DNA from: Podarcis pityusensis
Taxonomy: Eukaryota
Assembly (NCBI GenBank): GCA_964106645.2
Contig: OZ067043.1
Direction: 5' to 3' (one strand)
Length of the DNA stretch: 64,000 bases
Positions 12,245 through 24,816 of this stretch are shown here, in pieces. Numbering within the stretch: the stretch's first letter is position 1; each line of letters begins with the position of its first letter. The notes beneath the pieces were generated by a model, which made no database searches, was not told the DNA's origin, and saw only the letters and a program-made list of their open reading frames with translations. Position numbers and translations under genes: made by a program.

Positions 12245-15200
12245 TTATTATTTGTACCCCGCCCATCTGGCTGGGTTTCCCCAGCCACGCTGGGCGGCTT
12301 CCATAGAAACAAAAAATACAGTAAAATATCACCGATTAAAAGCTTCCCTATTATAAAGACACCACAATCTCCACGGTGCCTCATTCCAAGGAAACTGAAC
12401 CTTGGTAAACACCTGGAACGCCTGGAATCTCACACTACAGTGGTACCTCGGGTTAAAACGCTTCAGGTTACAGACTCCGCTAACCCAGAAATAGTACCTC
12501 AGATTAAGAACTTTGCTTCAGGATGAGAACAGAAATTGCGCGGCAGCAGCAGGAGGCCCCATTAGCTAAAGTGGTACCTCAGATTAAGAACAGTTTCAGG
12601 TTAAGAACAGACCTCCAGAATGAATTAAGTTCTTAACCTGTGGTACCACTGTACTTGGAAATTGAGACGGCATGTGATAATATATTGTGTGCCAAGGGGA
12701 AAACAATAGGAGCCTATCAACACACCTTTGGTATGAAATATAGTCTATTGCAACCCAAATGCAAACTTGCTTTATCAAATGGCATGGGTTAAGAAGTTTG
12801 TTTTTTTGTGCCCAATCCAACCTGCCACCTTGGAAGTATCAGCAAGTGCAGTGTTCCCCACTTACCATCTCTTAAGCACTGTGACTCAATGTCAAAGATG
12901 CGCCAGTCTTGCTCCCCTTCTTTGCATTCAATATGGAGAACATCACTAAGGGCACCAACCAGTTCCATCAGGTTTAAGAAACCTAGTTTCTTTACTGCCA
13001 GTATTTCTTTAAAATGTCGCTAGATATAAAGAAAATCTGATTAATCAATGCAAAAAGGACGTCCTGCAATATTCTTCCTTTGGACTTGCAATAGCCATAC
13101 TAACAAGCAATAAAAAATAGGTACTTTTTGGAAGCTAAAATGCTCTCCAAAACATTTAGTTCAAGTGCTGGTCAAGAAGGAAATGAGCAGCGAGTGGGGT
13201 GGACAAAAGGGAAAATATTGAATTTGAACTTTTCATAGGAAATCTCTTTGAATCTGGTCCATAAAAACTGGAAAGTATCTCCATTTTCACCCAGAGAATA
13301 TAACCCAGTAAAATTTCTTGTCTGTTTTGTTCACTTTTGGTCTACGCTGAACAATATTTCCCACCAAATAAGGGACGGTTGACAGCTATGCCCACCCCCC
13401 GCTTCCCTTCTTCCTAAAGACCAAAGGCTATATAATATTAAGTCAAGGGGTGTAGATTGTGCACTAATGTGCTGAACCATGGTTTAGAAGAGTGTGCATG
13501 AGCTGGAACGAGCCCAAGCAAACTGTGGTCTAGAATGCTGAGCTATTGGCTGTCTCTCTGACTCAGGCGCCAATATTTGTTTCAGTAGAAACATACACAG
13601 AAAAGGACAAAAGCAAAAGCCACTTCCGAAAGGAGGAAACTTACCTCAAATTCACCAGGTAACTTAGAAACAAGCAATCCTTCGGGGTGCTGCGCTACAA
13701 TCTAAATTACAAACAACATAAAGTCAACAATTAGTTGTCATGCAGTCTAAACAGCCGATAAGAATGTTGCGCATGAAACAAAGATTTACAACAATACCCC
13801 CCAACTAGCCACTTGTCTTGCATCTAAGAAAACATTTGCAAAATAAAAATATACAGGCACAAAAGTTTATTTTCTATACACAGCTACATGCAATACAATT
13901 TCCCAATTTTTTTCTTTAAAGCACCCAGGACTCAGCTAGACTGGTTAAAAAAATGTGATTTATGTGTTGTATGTGTGATATAACATTGTGCCATCAGATG
14001 GCAATGCGGAGTCCTATTTTTCTCCACCTGTTTTCCGTTTAAATTTACAATGCTTTACACTGAAACGCTTCTTTGATGTGTCTAGATCCAGCCCAGGTTT
14101 TCTGGAATATAAGAGGTCAAGGAGAGGGGCACACAGGCTGGGTTTTAAGATTATTAATTCAGACATTCTTCCTCAGTTTTCAATCCTGATTTGCAGAGTA
14201 AGCACAAGATAGTCTGCCAGCTCAGACAAATGGTCAAATCATCATATGCCTCACACCAGGAAAGAAGGTGGGAAGCATGGCAGGGAATGTTTGCCTAAGG
14301 CTCCGGAAAGGCTCCTTTGCATAGTTTTAATTAATGACATGCCTTTAAAAAAAACAATCAACCTAAGTTCCTTAAATTATGAACACTTACAGTTTTTATT
14401 TTTTCCTTAAGTTCGGAGCCAATTGTCCCTCCAGGTCCTTTCTGGGAAAGTGCTATCTGCATCTCCTTCTCTAGCTTTGAGAAACAGATTCCACAGATAT
14501 GAAGAAAGTGAGAGGAAAAGCCAGTGAATACAAATTGGCATCCATTCATATAAATGTGGCATTTACATTGGAAACTTCACACTGAAAGTTTTGAACACCA
14601 CGCAACAATCACTTCAGATATATTAATGGTAGATTACATATCAAGATCACATGATAGGATTGGTACAAATATTGTAAATAAGTTCCATTTTTTTAAAGCA
14701 GCGGGTTGAGTCTTTACATTTCCCCGCCTTTGGTGCCCTCTTCTTCCTGCTCACTCTCACACAGCCTGACCTCCCACCTACATCTAAAATATGCATAATA
14801 TTGTATAATTATATAGCAGGAATGACATCATTGGACAAAATAGTTTCCAATACCCGAAAGTTAGAGGAACCTGCTTTTAACAACAGCTTCTGTTTAGTGA
14901 TAACCCTGTCCTCCTCTGCAGGAGCCAAAGGGGGGAAAAAAGGTATGCGCCCAATTCAAGGTGCTCACATTAGTGTTTAAAGCCCTAAACAATTCAGTCC
15001 CGATACCTGAAAGACCACCTCCTTCCCTACAGAATCTCAGGTACTAAGATTGGCAGAGGGGTCACTCTTAGTTGCTCCATCGCCCTCAGAAGCGAGCGAG
15101 GGAGAAGGTGGTTCAGCAGAGGGCATTCTCCATGGCAGCCAGAGCTGTGAAATTTCCTCCCCACAGATGTGCATCTAGCACCATCATTATACGGCTTCTA

Positions 15201-18200
15201 GGGAACGCTGAAGATGCACCGCTTTACCCTGGGCTTTCCAAAGTTGAGATGTAGATTTTTAGGATCCACATTATTTCTGTGGTTTTAAGTTCTTTTTACC
15301 TGTTTGTAAAATTGTGTTGCAATGATGCAACCAGGCTTGGGACCTTAGGGTAAAGGGCAGGTAATAAGGTGCCCTCAACCACCAAACCACTGCATCTTGC
15401 CCAGTGTAAGTGTAGTCCATGCTGCTGCTGCTACTTTTTTAATTCACTGGACACAAGCTTACATTTTTAGTGGTACAGTGGTACCTTGGGTTACAGACGC
15501 TTCAGGTTACAGACTCCGCTAACCCAGAAATAGTACCTCGGGTTAAGAACTTTGCTTCAGGATAAGAACAGAAATCGTGCTCCGGCGGCGCGGCAGCAGC
15601 GGGAGGCCCCATTAGCTAAAGTGGTGCTTCAGGTTAAGAACAGTTTCAGGTTAAGAACGGACTTCTGGAACGAATTAAGTACTTAACCCGAGGTACTACT
15701 GTATAGGGTAAGGTGGACAGGACTGCAGCAATAACTGCCGACTGAACTCCCATCCATTGACTGAGTCAGGCAAGAAGTCTTCTGCCTTGTTTTTTCAAAG
15801 ACCTCTGCAGTTTGCAGTACTTTTTCACTGATAGAAATGCAAGATAACAATTCCAAGCCTGCTTCCATAAGGCAGCTGCTAGAGCTAATAACTGCAGTGA
15901 GCTAAATATGGAAGAGCAATCAACTCTCCACACTATCAGGGGCACTGTGTGTTTCTAGTGTCTACATCCTTATCTGTTCTGCCCACACAGAGCATGTAGC
16001 ACAGCAGCTGTGGTTTGGGAGTGTCTAATTTGTCTGAGCAGCAAAAAGAAATAAAAATAAAAGTCTAAGTGATCCTTCAAAAAAAAAAATATTAATTAAC
16101 ACTAAGAGCATTCACTGAGACTTGATTGGCCATTGTACTCTTCAGTAAATGCCAAAATGACAAGCAATTTAACATTTGTGTGGAAACGTAAGTGTTTAAA
16201 TTGAAGGTGGGGGACAAAAGCATTGTTACAATAGTGGTGACAAGAAAGGCAGCAGGGTTCATTTTTAAAAATTGTATAGCTACAGCTTTAGAACATTTGT
16301 TCATTAAAAAGATCTATTTTAGTAATATTAATATTTTAATATAAATGCCTACACAAAGCTCTTCAGTGCTAATTAAAAGCTGGTTAACAAAAAAAGGTCT
16401 GGATGAAAAGCGAAGGGATTTTGAATGGCACTACTGTAATCTTACGAAAGTCACTACATGCATCAAAAACCCTTTTTAAAAAATAAGCTGAACAGAAGCA
16501 TCAAGGCTGTCTACACCTACAAAAACTGCACTGTTTTTCTGATCTTCCTCTGCAGTCTGAAAAATAAGGAAAAACCACAGGACCGCGTAACAAGTGTGCC
16601 CAGTAAAGAGTGAGTGAAAAAGGCACGGCATTCCCACACCAAGTGTCTAGTGTGGAAGCACCCAGATCAACAAATTTTCTATGCACTCAGTGAGCGTTCC
16701 TTGGGAAAACTCCTCTTTTCTCCTATTTACATTTTCCTTGCTGTGACAGTCATTTTGATTAACTGTTTGCATTTGCTGCAGAAGCATATTATGCTGTTAT
16801 GCTGGGAGGTAACCGTGAGAAAAGGAGCTGAGCTTCTCTATTTCAGCAAGTACAGTAGCAATTCCAACTGATGGCGGGGGGGAGGCATGCCTGCACTATT
16901 CTGTGGTCTTCATTTTTTCTCTTTTAGATATGGCAGCTATTTTGTGTCATGACACACCCCACAGATGCCTAGTGATGTGAGGTGATGCTAGAAAATTCTC
17001 TGGAGAATATTCTCCACAAACTGTAAATTCTGTGTCATCTACACAGCTGCTTTAAATGTACACACCTCATTAATCGAGATTATTCTCGAGAATTTAACAT
17101 CACTAATTATGTCAAGTGCCCATGGCAGCCATTTTATGACTGGCAGATTCCAAATATGCCCACTGGCCCAACCAAGAAGGCTGGCGACCTCTGTCCTCAC
17201 CCAGCTTAAAGAAGATCTTTTCTCATCTTTAAGAACTTAGGTTTAAAATCCTTCTACATGGACGATGTGTACTAATTAAGACACCAAACAATATGAAATG
17301 TGTCCATACGGATTCTCATTTTCTCATAATAACTAATTAAATATTCCCTTAGTTTAGTCACCTTTGGAGTGCAATGTTTCTATTACTTACTTGTTTCATC
17401 CTCTCATCAGTTCTCACTAATGGGGTTTCCACTGGTTTCAACTCTACTACTAAAGCATCAGATTCTTGGCTTGGAGATGGATTTTGATTATCCATAGGTA
17501 GGGCAGGGGTTGAAGATTTCTTCACTGCAGGTGCTGGCAGAGTAGTAGGCAAAGTCTGCTTTGTCTTATGTGATGGAATCACAGCTTTGCCTTAATAAAG
17601 CCAAGAAAGGGTTTACAGACATGATTTCAGGTGACAGTATTCTGTTTCCCTAGGTAGGCAATGCTGGAAGGCTCACACTCATTTCCAAGAACACCTCCAA
17701 GAGCAGTGGAATCTCAATATAAGCCAACAGCACAGCACAAAACCCTTTACTGTATTGTTTTATTTATCACTTGCATGTTTGAGCAGATACAAGATGACTC
17801 ACTCATCAGCTCAAGTGCACAAGGCTTAGGATCACCATTTTGCTTAACTGACAAAGCAGAAAGGAAGAATGAGCTTAATGCAGAGCCTTCATGAATACTT
17901 ACAGTCATGGGGGGAGGGGAGAAAGTACACCCTCTTTGAATTCTGTGGTTGTACATGAGGACATAATAACAGTCATCTGTTCCTTAGCAGGTCTTAAAAT
18001 GAGGTAAATACAACCTCAGGTGAACAACCTCAGATGTCATATTACAACATGCCGTGATTTATGTAACAAAAATAAAGCCAAAATGGGGAAGCTATTTGTG
18101 AAAAACTTACTGCTTCCATAGGAATTAAGGGGCTAAGTAGAAGACAGTTGCTGCTAATCAAATGTGCTTGCTTAATTGATCATCAGCAAGTGTACTCACC

Positions 18201-21200
18201 TCTACAAAAGCCGAAGTTTTATCAGTTTGCTGCTCTAGATAACACAATGCCGAGGAGGAAAGACATCAGCAATGCTCCTAGAGAAGCAATAATTGCTGCC
18301 CATGAAACTGGGAAGGGTTATAAAGCCATATCCAACCAATTTTAATTCCATCATTCCACAGTGAGAAAGATTATTCAAAAGTGGAAAACATTCAAGATTG
18401 CAAGTAACTCAAGAGTTACATCTCAGAGTCTACAGGCCTTGGCATGTTAAATGTTAAAGTTCATAACAGTACAATCAGAAAAAGAACAAGTATGCTTTGT
18501 TTGGAAGGGTTGCCAGGGGAAAGCCTCTTCTCTATAAAAAGAATATGGCAGGACGGCTTAGGTTTGCAAAGTTGCACCTGAACAAAGCACAAAGCTCTGG
18601 AACAATGTCCCTTGGGCAGACGGTACCAAAGTGGAGATTTCTGGCCATAATGCACAGCGCCACATTTGGCGAAAACCAAACACAGCATATTAGCACAAAC
18701 ACCTCATATCAGTTGTCAAGCACAGAGGTGGAGGGTTGATGATTTTAGCTTGTTTGCAACCACAGGACCTGGGAACCCTGCAATCATTGAGTCACCATGA
18801 ACTTCTCTGTATATCAAAGTATTCTAGAGTCAAATGTGAGGCCATCTGCCTGACAGCTGAAGCTTGGCTGAAACTGGGTCATGCAACAGGACAAAGATCC
18901 CAAGCACACCCACAAATCTACAACAGAATGGCTGAAAAAGAATCAAGGTGTTGCAATGGCCTAGTCAAAGTCCAGACCTCAACCCAACTGAAATGCTTTA
19001 GTAAGCTGTGCATAAAGAGATGCCAGCAAACCTTAATGAACTGAAGCAATGTTGTAAAAAAGAGTGGGTCAAAATTCCTCCACAACGATGTGGGAAACTG
19101 ATAAAGTCATACAGAAAACAATTACTTCAAGTTATTGCTGCTAAAAGTTGTTCTACAAGCTACTGAATCATAAGGCTTCTCCATTTTGGATTCATTTCTG
19201 TTAAATAAATCATGACACGTTGTGATATGTCATTTGTTGTTCATGTAAGGTTGTATTTACCTAATTTTAAGATCTGCTAAGGAACAGATGATTGTTACTA
19301 GGTCCTCATATGTAAAACCACAGAATTCAAATAGGGTGTACTCCCCCCCCCGGCGGTATTTCACCATGGTTTTCAGTTTCAAATGCTACTGAAAAATATT
19401 TGGCAATTTGGTCATAATTTTTCAGTAACAAAGCCAAGCTCTCTGAACCTCAGACCACAACCTTTTCCCAAGTTTACTCTATTTACTGGCACCTGTGACA
19501 AAAACAAATCAATTGTCTACCTATAGAAGTGAGCACATAATTTATTTGTAGATTCTTGTCCACAGCTGTGTGCAATCTGCAGTTGGGTGCAAAATTCTAC
19601 ATGAATAGTACACACTAAGATGAATTATTTTAATAGAAGTGCACCAACGTCTTTGCTTCACCCCACTACTCCCACTCTCATGCTTGGCTGCTGTCTGAGA
19701 AAGAGCAAGACAGAGCACATGCTCTCAGAAGGGAATTAACTCTACCCAGTACTACTCATTTTCCAGTAACAGATAGGTTTCTCAAAGTTCCTATATTTGT
19801 GATCCCACCTCTTCCAGCCATACCTCTTGAGAGGGGTGCTTATCTACACGTTGGGGCAGAAGGAGTTTGTATGTTTAATGTGGAGAGGAACCATAAGGCT
19901 GCAAGGTAGTATTGGGTAAAGCAAACACAAGTTGTAGAGTCATCTAGGGTCAGCTAGTTCAACCCCTTGCAATGCAGGAATCTCAACTAAATGAAGGTGC
20001 CAAATAAGAGCAGTTTTCCCCTAGAGCTGAATTTAAGCAAACATAAACTTACACTCTGGCAGCTTTTCTGGATTTTTCTTAATGGAGGGCTTTAGAGTCA
20101 ACAAGGAGCCTGCCCTTGTCTGCACAACCGTGACGATATCTGAAGCTGCATTCAGCACTTCTAACATAGAGAAGAACCCAAAACGCATAAATTCAAACTT
20201 CCGTCCAAAGTGCCGACTAAAGGCTTTGTCAAAATCTGAAAGCAGGACAGGTGAAGATCTCAGCAGTTCCTTCAGTTCACTTTTTACCACAGCTGGCAGA
20301 GTAGGAGAAACCCGACCCCGCCGGGGCAGAGAAATTCGGGGGGGCTGAGGCAGGCCAGAGCAAGATCTGGCATTAAAAGAGAAATTTGGCTTTCCCCTGG
20401 AAAAATATGGCTTCGGTTTGCTTTTCTGTCTGGCAACCAAGCTTGCAATCAACTCAGTGGACTCATCTGGAATAGCTAAAAGACAGAAGCCCATATGGTT
20501 AAAGTTGCATGTTGACACAGAAAATTTCTCCTCTCCTCCCCCCCTCCCCTTTCTTCTTGCCATCCTCTTACAACAAAATGGTACTGCCAAAGAAATACAG
20601 CTAGTTATCATAATACACAATATTTGTAGATTTGCAAGCATAGGTGTTTTCCCAGCTGTTCAGACCAGAAGATCCTTCTTTCCCTAAGTTATTAGAGCTC
20701 CCTTACCTCTCTATTTAATCTCATGTACAACCCTCCATTTCTATATTTACTTCCCTGCTTACCACCATCAAGGCAACCCAACCACCCACCCACCCCAGCC
20801 TACAGTATTTGTGATTCATGTATGTGAAGGGAAACACCCACAACCATGAAATCTGTTGAAGATGTCGCATGGTGTGCTCTCTCCTGGAGTGCTGGCTCTT
20901 GTTAGGTAGACATTACACATCAAACATGACCAAAAAAATATGCTATATACATAGAATTGAAAGTACTTTGGATGTCTTGGGCTACGTTATGTCCAAATCT
21001 GTACCTTCTATTTGTTGTGGGAATAGCTTAATTCTGTTAACCCTGTGAGTGAAGTCTAAGTGCATTATACCCTGCAACATAAACACATTAAAAAAATACT
21101 CTTACACGCAGATTTCATCTTCTTAGGTTTAAAAACTGGTTCATATTTAAACCATGTTTGGGGAATGTGTCACCATGACACAATACTGCAGAAGAATTGC

Positions 21201-21664
21201 CTTTATTGTAAAACAAACCGCACTCTGCGGGAAAATGCAAGGTAATGCCCTTGACTGCTTTATGTTCAGAGGGACCTCAAAATCAAACTACAGGACATAT
21301 TTACAATAGGCAGCTCTTTGGCCAAGTTCCATTCTTTCTTGAACCACCCAGCCTAAACTCCCTGTATGCCTGCCAAACATTATTCCCCATTTATTGGCAT
21401 TCCCTGCTCTTGCCGACTAATCCAAAACCCACCTCTGAGGACAGTATTGCCATTTCCACTAGGGCAGATGCTAACAACATCTGGCATATCCATCACCAGC
21501 TCCATGACAGAACGGTAACCCAGGGCACGAAACGGAAGTGGTTCTCCTATCATAGACTTGTATTCTTTGTTTAACTCCATAGGGGTGAGGCCTTCCTTGA
21601 CTGGTGTCAGCAGGGACCTCACTACTTTCTTCATCGAGTTCATCAGGCGTTCTTGATCGGACAT
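1..21664 (-). CDS. TDRD5: Tudor domain-containing protein 5, multi-exon CDS, 3' end beyond left edge of window
   Basis: Chain of GT-AG exons with consistent phases encoding LOTUS1 (MSDQERL...[14 protein letters not shown]), LOTUS2, LOTUS3 and Tudor ([11 protein letters not shown]...VFYPDFG); synteny with NPHS2/AXDND1. Confidence 0.96.
726..887 (-). CDS. TDRD5: TDRD5 exon A' (duplicate copy 2)
   Basis: Identical to 3003-3164 including splice sites. Confidence 0.7.
1155..1250 (-). CDS. TDRD5: Possible TDRD5 exon C
   Basis: tgcttttcag acceptor, 96-nt open frame to GTAAGA donor; alternative donor at 1119. Confidence 0.35.
2183..2389 (-). CDS. TDRD5: TDRD5 exon B (copy 1)
   Basis: 207 nt, phase 0-0, [24 protein letters not shown]...; resembles mammalian MPCLESV..DDIWDENW. 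Confidence 0.88.
3003..3164 (-). CDS. TDRD5: TDRD5 exon A (copy 1)
   Basis: 162 nt, phase 0-0, [15 protein letters not shown]...EVLSQ. Confidence 0.85.
3295..3830 (+). mobile_element. Degenerate L1-clade LINE 3' fragment
   Basis: Similar to ORF2 C-terminus of the 24982-25726 element ([10 protein letters not shown]...DW..F.DYLK); AATAAA and A-rich end; abuts the duplication breakpoint. Confidence 0.6.
4221..4421 (-). CDS. TDRD5: TDRD5 exon
   Basis: [46 protein letters not shown]... Confidence 0.95.
4788..4925 (+). mobile_element. tRNA-derived SINE with CR1-like tail
   Basis: A box (tagttcagttg), B box (ggttcgattcc), tail gggtcccttc..actctatgattc. Confidence 0.7.
5191..5257 (-). CDS. TDRD5: TDRD5 exon
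   Basis: [22 protein letters not shown]. Confidence 0.95.
5807..6052 (+). mobile_element. hAT-type MITE
   Basis: CAGGGGTCAGCAAA end; same family inverted at 25887-26450. Confidence 0.7.
6642..6854 (-). CDS. TDRD5: TDRD5 exon (Tudor core)
   Basis: [16 protein letters not shown]...[25 protein letters not shown]...LRFL. Confidence 0.96.
7150..7510 (-). mobile_element. L2 LINE 3' fragment
   Basis: Shared 3' end (cccatctggctgggtttccccagccactctgggcggc) also at ~12250, ~48540-48670, ~63240. Confidence 0.65.
8151..8371 (-). CDS. TDRD5: TDRD5 exon (extended Tudor N-part)
   Basis: EIPPDAV...[18 protein letters not shown]...MMLEMR. Confidence 0.95.
9440..9790 (+). mobile_element. Degenerate L1-clade 3' fragment
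   Basis: Similar to L1 ORF2 C-terminus; AATAAA and A-rich tail. Confidence 0.55.
9890..10041 (-). CDS. TDRD5: TDRD5 exon (linker)
   Basis: 152 nt, phase 1-0, open frame DEHASDK...SWNFPLEE...KMTTP. Confidence 0.82.
10685..10811. mobile_element. hAT MITE (~130 bp)
   Basis: TIRs CAGGC...GCCTG; 8-bp TSD acctaaga/atctaaga; related copy at 44792-44922. Confidence 0.75.
10826..11123 (-). mobile_element. L2 LINE 3' end
   Basis: Reverse complement of ~23315-23590 with (AAT)n tail. Confidence 0.8.
11205..11392 (-). mobile_element. tRNA-derived squamate SINE
   Basis: Reverse-complement A/B boxes (gctctaccactgagctatagccc); related copies at ~32715-32846, ~39660-39770. Confidence 0.6.
12438..12651. 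mobile_element. pogo/Tigger-like MITE
   Basis: TA-CAGTGGTACC...GGTACCACTG-TA. Confidence 0.85.
12866..13019 (-). CDS. TDRD5: TDRD5 exon (LOTUS 3 part)
   Basis: [31 protein letters not shown]... Confidence 0.94.
13645..13701 (-). CDS. TDRD5: TDRD5 exon (LOTUS 3 part)
   Basis: [19 protein letters not shown], tttag/gtaag. Confidence 0.92.
14391..14474 (-). CDS. TDRD5: TDRD5 exon
   Basis: [28 protein letters not shown], resembles mammalian GPGGTISSELK. Confidence 0.93.
15476..15701. mobile_element. pogo/Tigger-like MITE
   Basis: Same family as 12438-12651, TA TSD. Confidence 0.85.
17391..17590 (-). CDS. TDRD5: TDRD5 exon (linker)
   Basis: AG/GT bounded 200 nt, phase 1-0, open frame KAVIPSHK...ERMKQ. 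Confidence 0.85.
17902..19350 (+). mobile_element. Defective Tc1-like DNA transposon
   Basis: ~200-bp imperfect TIRs (agtacaccctctttgaattctgtggtt.../...aaccacagaattcaaatagggtgtact); decayed transposase MPRRKDIS...[21 protein letters not shown]. Confidence 0.88.
20053..20475 (-). CDS. TDRD5: TDRD5 exon (eLOTUS extension + LOTUS 2)
   Basis: ttttag/[18 protein letters not shown]...[19 protein letters not shown].../gtaagt, phase 1-1. Confidence 0.95.
21433..21664 (-). CDS. TDRD5: TDRD5 first coding exon (LOTUS 1)
   Basis: ATG at 21664, acceptor just above 21671, donor GTGGG at 21432; [19 protein letters not shown]... Confidence 0.95.
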
Positions 21665-22699
21665 GTTGACACTGGGGGAGGTGAGAAGGAAGTGTTAAAG
21701 GACAAAGAAATACTGCTCTTGGCGATAACCGGCTTAATAATCACCAGATAACGTTACTGTGAGATGGACAAGGGAGAACACAGTACAGGTACACAAACTG
21801 AAAAAGAGATACCTTGGAAACCCAGAGGGATCTGAAAAAACAGGTGCTCAGAAAGAGCTGCTGCTTTGTTTTTACAACGGTAACCTTTGCATGGTTTTTA
21901 GGAGGGAGTGGGGAATATCCTGATCAGTTCTTTTTTTAATGACAGTGTTGGGATTAGTACCCCACCACAGAGCCTCAGAAGCACACAACTATAACAAACC
22001 CTTACAGTTAAAGTCTGAGCAAACTGGGTACAAGGTTTATCTTTCATCTCATCTCTCTTTAACAGCACTGATAAACCCCATCATCCAAGCTCCCCCAAAA
22101 GCAATACTTGCAAGCATCAAGAGCACAGTTCAGTCAGTCATAAACACTTTAGAGCTCCTTCATGGACAACTGATAAATGTAATACCCACTACAACCTGCT
22201 GAATTTAGTAAGTGCTGAGATTCTGCTAGATTGCACCCATAAATGGATATAACAACTTTGAAGGTTCTGATCTAGGGGCATCAAGATTTAGGGACTATAA
22301 AAAGGACCAGCCCTACCACTAGGTAAAGTCAACCGCCTAAGGCAGCAGCCTCCTGGCTACTCCTCTTATGTCTCTTGGCCATTTCCCTTTGTGGGAGGAC
22401 AGAGCTGTGCAACTACACAACCTGTTCTAGCTACCCTCAACTATTATGTTGCCTTTGGTGCAGTGGAGGATGCTATCCTGCTGCCAGTGTTGAAGTCAAG
22501 TGCCACCCATTTAGTTTCTGTAGATAGAATGAGGCAGGGGTTGCCATCTGGCCCTAGCAAAACATCTTGGATCAGCCTTGGCTTGGTGCAATTTTAAGTT
22601 TTCACTATCCCATGGGGGAGTTTGGGAGCAGAGGGAAACAACGATTGAATATAAACCTGGAAAGTTATCTTCTGTTAACTTTCATAAGCCCAATAAACC

Positions 22700-23600
22700 C
22701 TTTCCTGGGACGGGACGATATGGGATTGAGGGGGCAAGTCCCATCTCTTGCGGGGGTGCAATTAGTGCCAGCACCGTCCATTAAGAGTTTGGGTGTAATC
22801 TTCGATACCTCCCTCTCCATGGAGGCGCAGATTGCAGCTATAACAAAGGCAGCATTTTTTCATCTCCGCGAAGCTAAGCAGTTGGCTCCTTACCTCTCTC
22901 GCCCTGACCTAGCCACTGTGATCCACGCGACGGTCACCTCCAGACTGGATTATTGTAACTCGCTCTACGTGGGGCTGCCTTGAGACTGACCCAGAAACTC
23001 CAGCGGGTGCAGAATGCCGCAGCGAGACTCCTTACGGGGTCTTTGCTGCGAGATCACATTCACCCGGTGCTCTACCAGCTGCACTGGCTCCCGGTGGAGT
23101 ACAGGATCAGGTTTAAGGCGCTGGTTTTAACCTTTAAAGCCCTATATGGCCTAGGACCCTCGTACCTACGGGACCGCCTCTCCTGGTATGCCCCACAGAG
23201 GAACTTACGGTCTTCAAATAAAAACATCTTGAAGGTTCCAGGCCACAGAGAAGTTAGGCTGGCCTCAACTAGAGTCAGGGCTTTTTCGGCTGCGGCTCCA
23301 ACCTGGTGGAACGCTCTGTCACAAGAGACTAGGGCCCTGCAGGACTTGACATCTTTCCGCAGGGCCGGCAAGACAGAGCTGTTCCACCAGGCCTTTGGCC
23401 AGGGCACAGCCTGACTCCCTCCTTTGGCAATCTTTACAAAACTTTAGTTTATGGTTGCCATCAATTTTGATTTTAATTAATTTTTATAATGTTTTTATAA
23501 TGTTGCACTATTTTAGTGTTGTTAGCCGCCCTGAGCCCGGCTTCGGCTGGGGAGGGCGGGATATAAATAAAATTTATTATTATTATTATTATATTATTAT
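22700..23600 (+). mobile_element. L2-clade LINE, 5'-truncated
   Basis: ORF2 C-terminus LGVIFD..LSME..SRLDYCNSLY..QNAAARL..LHWLP, frameshift near 22980; (TAT)n tail. Confidence 0.9.
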
Positions 23601-24079
23601 TATTTCCCCCTTTTTTTACAGGAAGGGGATGAGCCATACACAAGAGTCCATCCCCAAAGTCGGTGCCACTGCTCCCACAAGCCACACCTGCCCTCTAACA
23701 AAAACATTGCAACCAAGCCTGTCACCTCAAATTAGACATACATGATTCTTGTAAGCTGTTTTATTTTATTTATTTATTTATTTTTAAAAGGTAAGAAGGT
23801 ATGTTTGTTTACTTAGCAAGCAGGTATGAATACGCCATCTTAAAATCAAACCAGAAAAATCCTTTGCACAAAAGCACTTCTAATGCAACGACTCTAGACA
23901 CCAAGGACAACACACCATAAAAAACCCGCATTATTCTATGCTATCCATGCAACCCTGTACCTTCCACGTGTTATTTGAGGGAGGGACATTCGTGTAAGAA
24001 ATCTAGGCCGCCCAACCAAGCTTCCATCCCACCCTTTCCCAAGGGCTAAAACAAGTCAGAAACAAGAAATAGCCAAATC

Positions 24080-24776
24080 ACGACCTTCCCTCCACCCCTG
24101 GGCTGGCCCTCTTTGGACCTGCACGCCCGCGACCCCCTCCTCACCACTTCCCTTCACGTGTAGGAGGAGGAGGAGGAAGCCCCTCGCCCGGACAGCAGGC
24201 TCGCGCCCTCGACCGACTGACACGAGACTGGGCGCGTTCAGACGCACGCGCCCCGCCCGAAGCCAAACTGCTCCGCCGCCCTCCGGCCCTCCCTCATTTT
24301 GAATCCCCTCCCTCTTAACGGCCGCCCGAATTTATATACGGGCCGTGTTTGTACCTCCACACGCGCAAACACGCAAGAATAGGCCCGCCCTCTCGCAGGC
24401 GCCGCTCTTTTGAAAGGCTTCTCAAGGAGCCAGACCTCAAGGCGGCGGCGGCGGCGGCGGCGGCCTTTTCTTCTTCCCTCCCTCTTTCCAACGTCTCCTC
24501 GCGCCTTTTTCAAATAATAATTAGAATAAAACGAGCAGACAAGCACAGCCCACCCCCCTAACAAACCACCGACACCAGAGCCGAGAGAGGAGGGCGGGAA
24601 AGGAGGGCCGCTCCCACCCCTGGGTGGCGGGCTCCGAGCGGGAATCGCCTCACGGGCGGCCGCTCCACGCGACGCCCTGGCCGGCCTGAGGAGAAAAGGG
24701 GGGGACTGGCCGGGGGGGGGATACCGGTCAGTGTGTTTGTGAACTGGGCTGGGGTCTTGAGTGAGGGGCATGACGC

Positions 24777-24780
<4 letters not shown>
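24080..24780 (-). promoter_or_regulatory. TDRD5: CpG island / TDRD5 promoter and probable non-coding exon 1 (candidate donor at 24144)
   Basis: GC/CpG-rich; TATATAAA on minus strand at 24331-24338; GC boxes; GTGAGG donor; first coding exon has an upstream acceptor. Confidence 0.75.
24441..24463. repeat. (GGC)n microsatellite
   Basis: Seen directly. Confidence 0.9.

Positions 24781-24816
<36 letters not shown>
24777..24816. repeat. (AAT)n microsatellite
   Basis: Seen directly. Confidence 0.95.
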
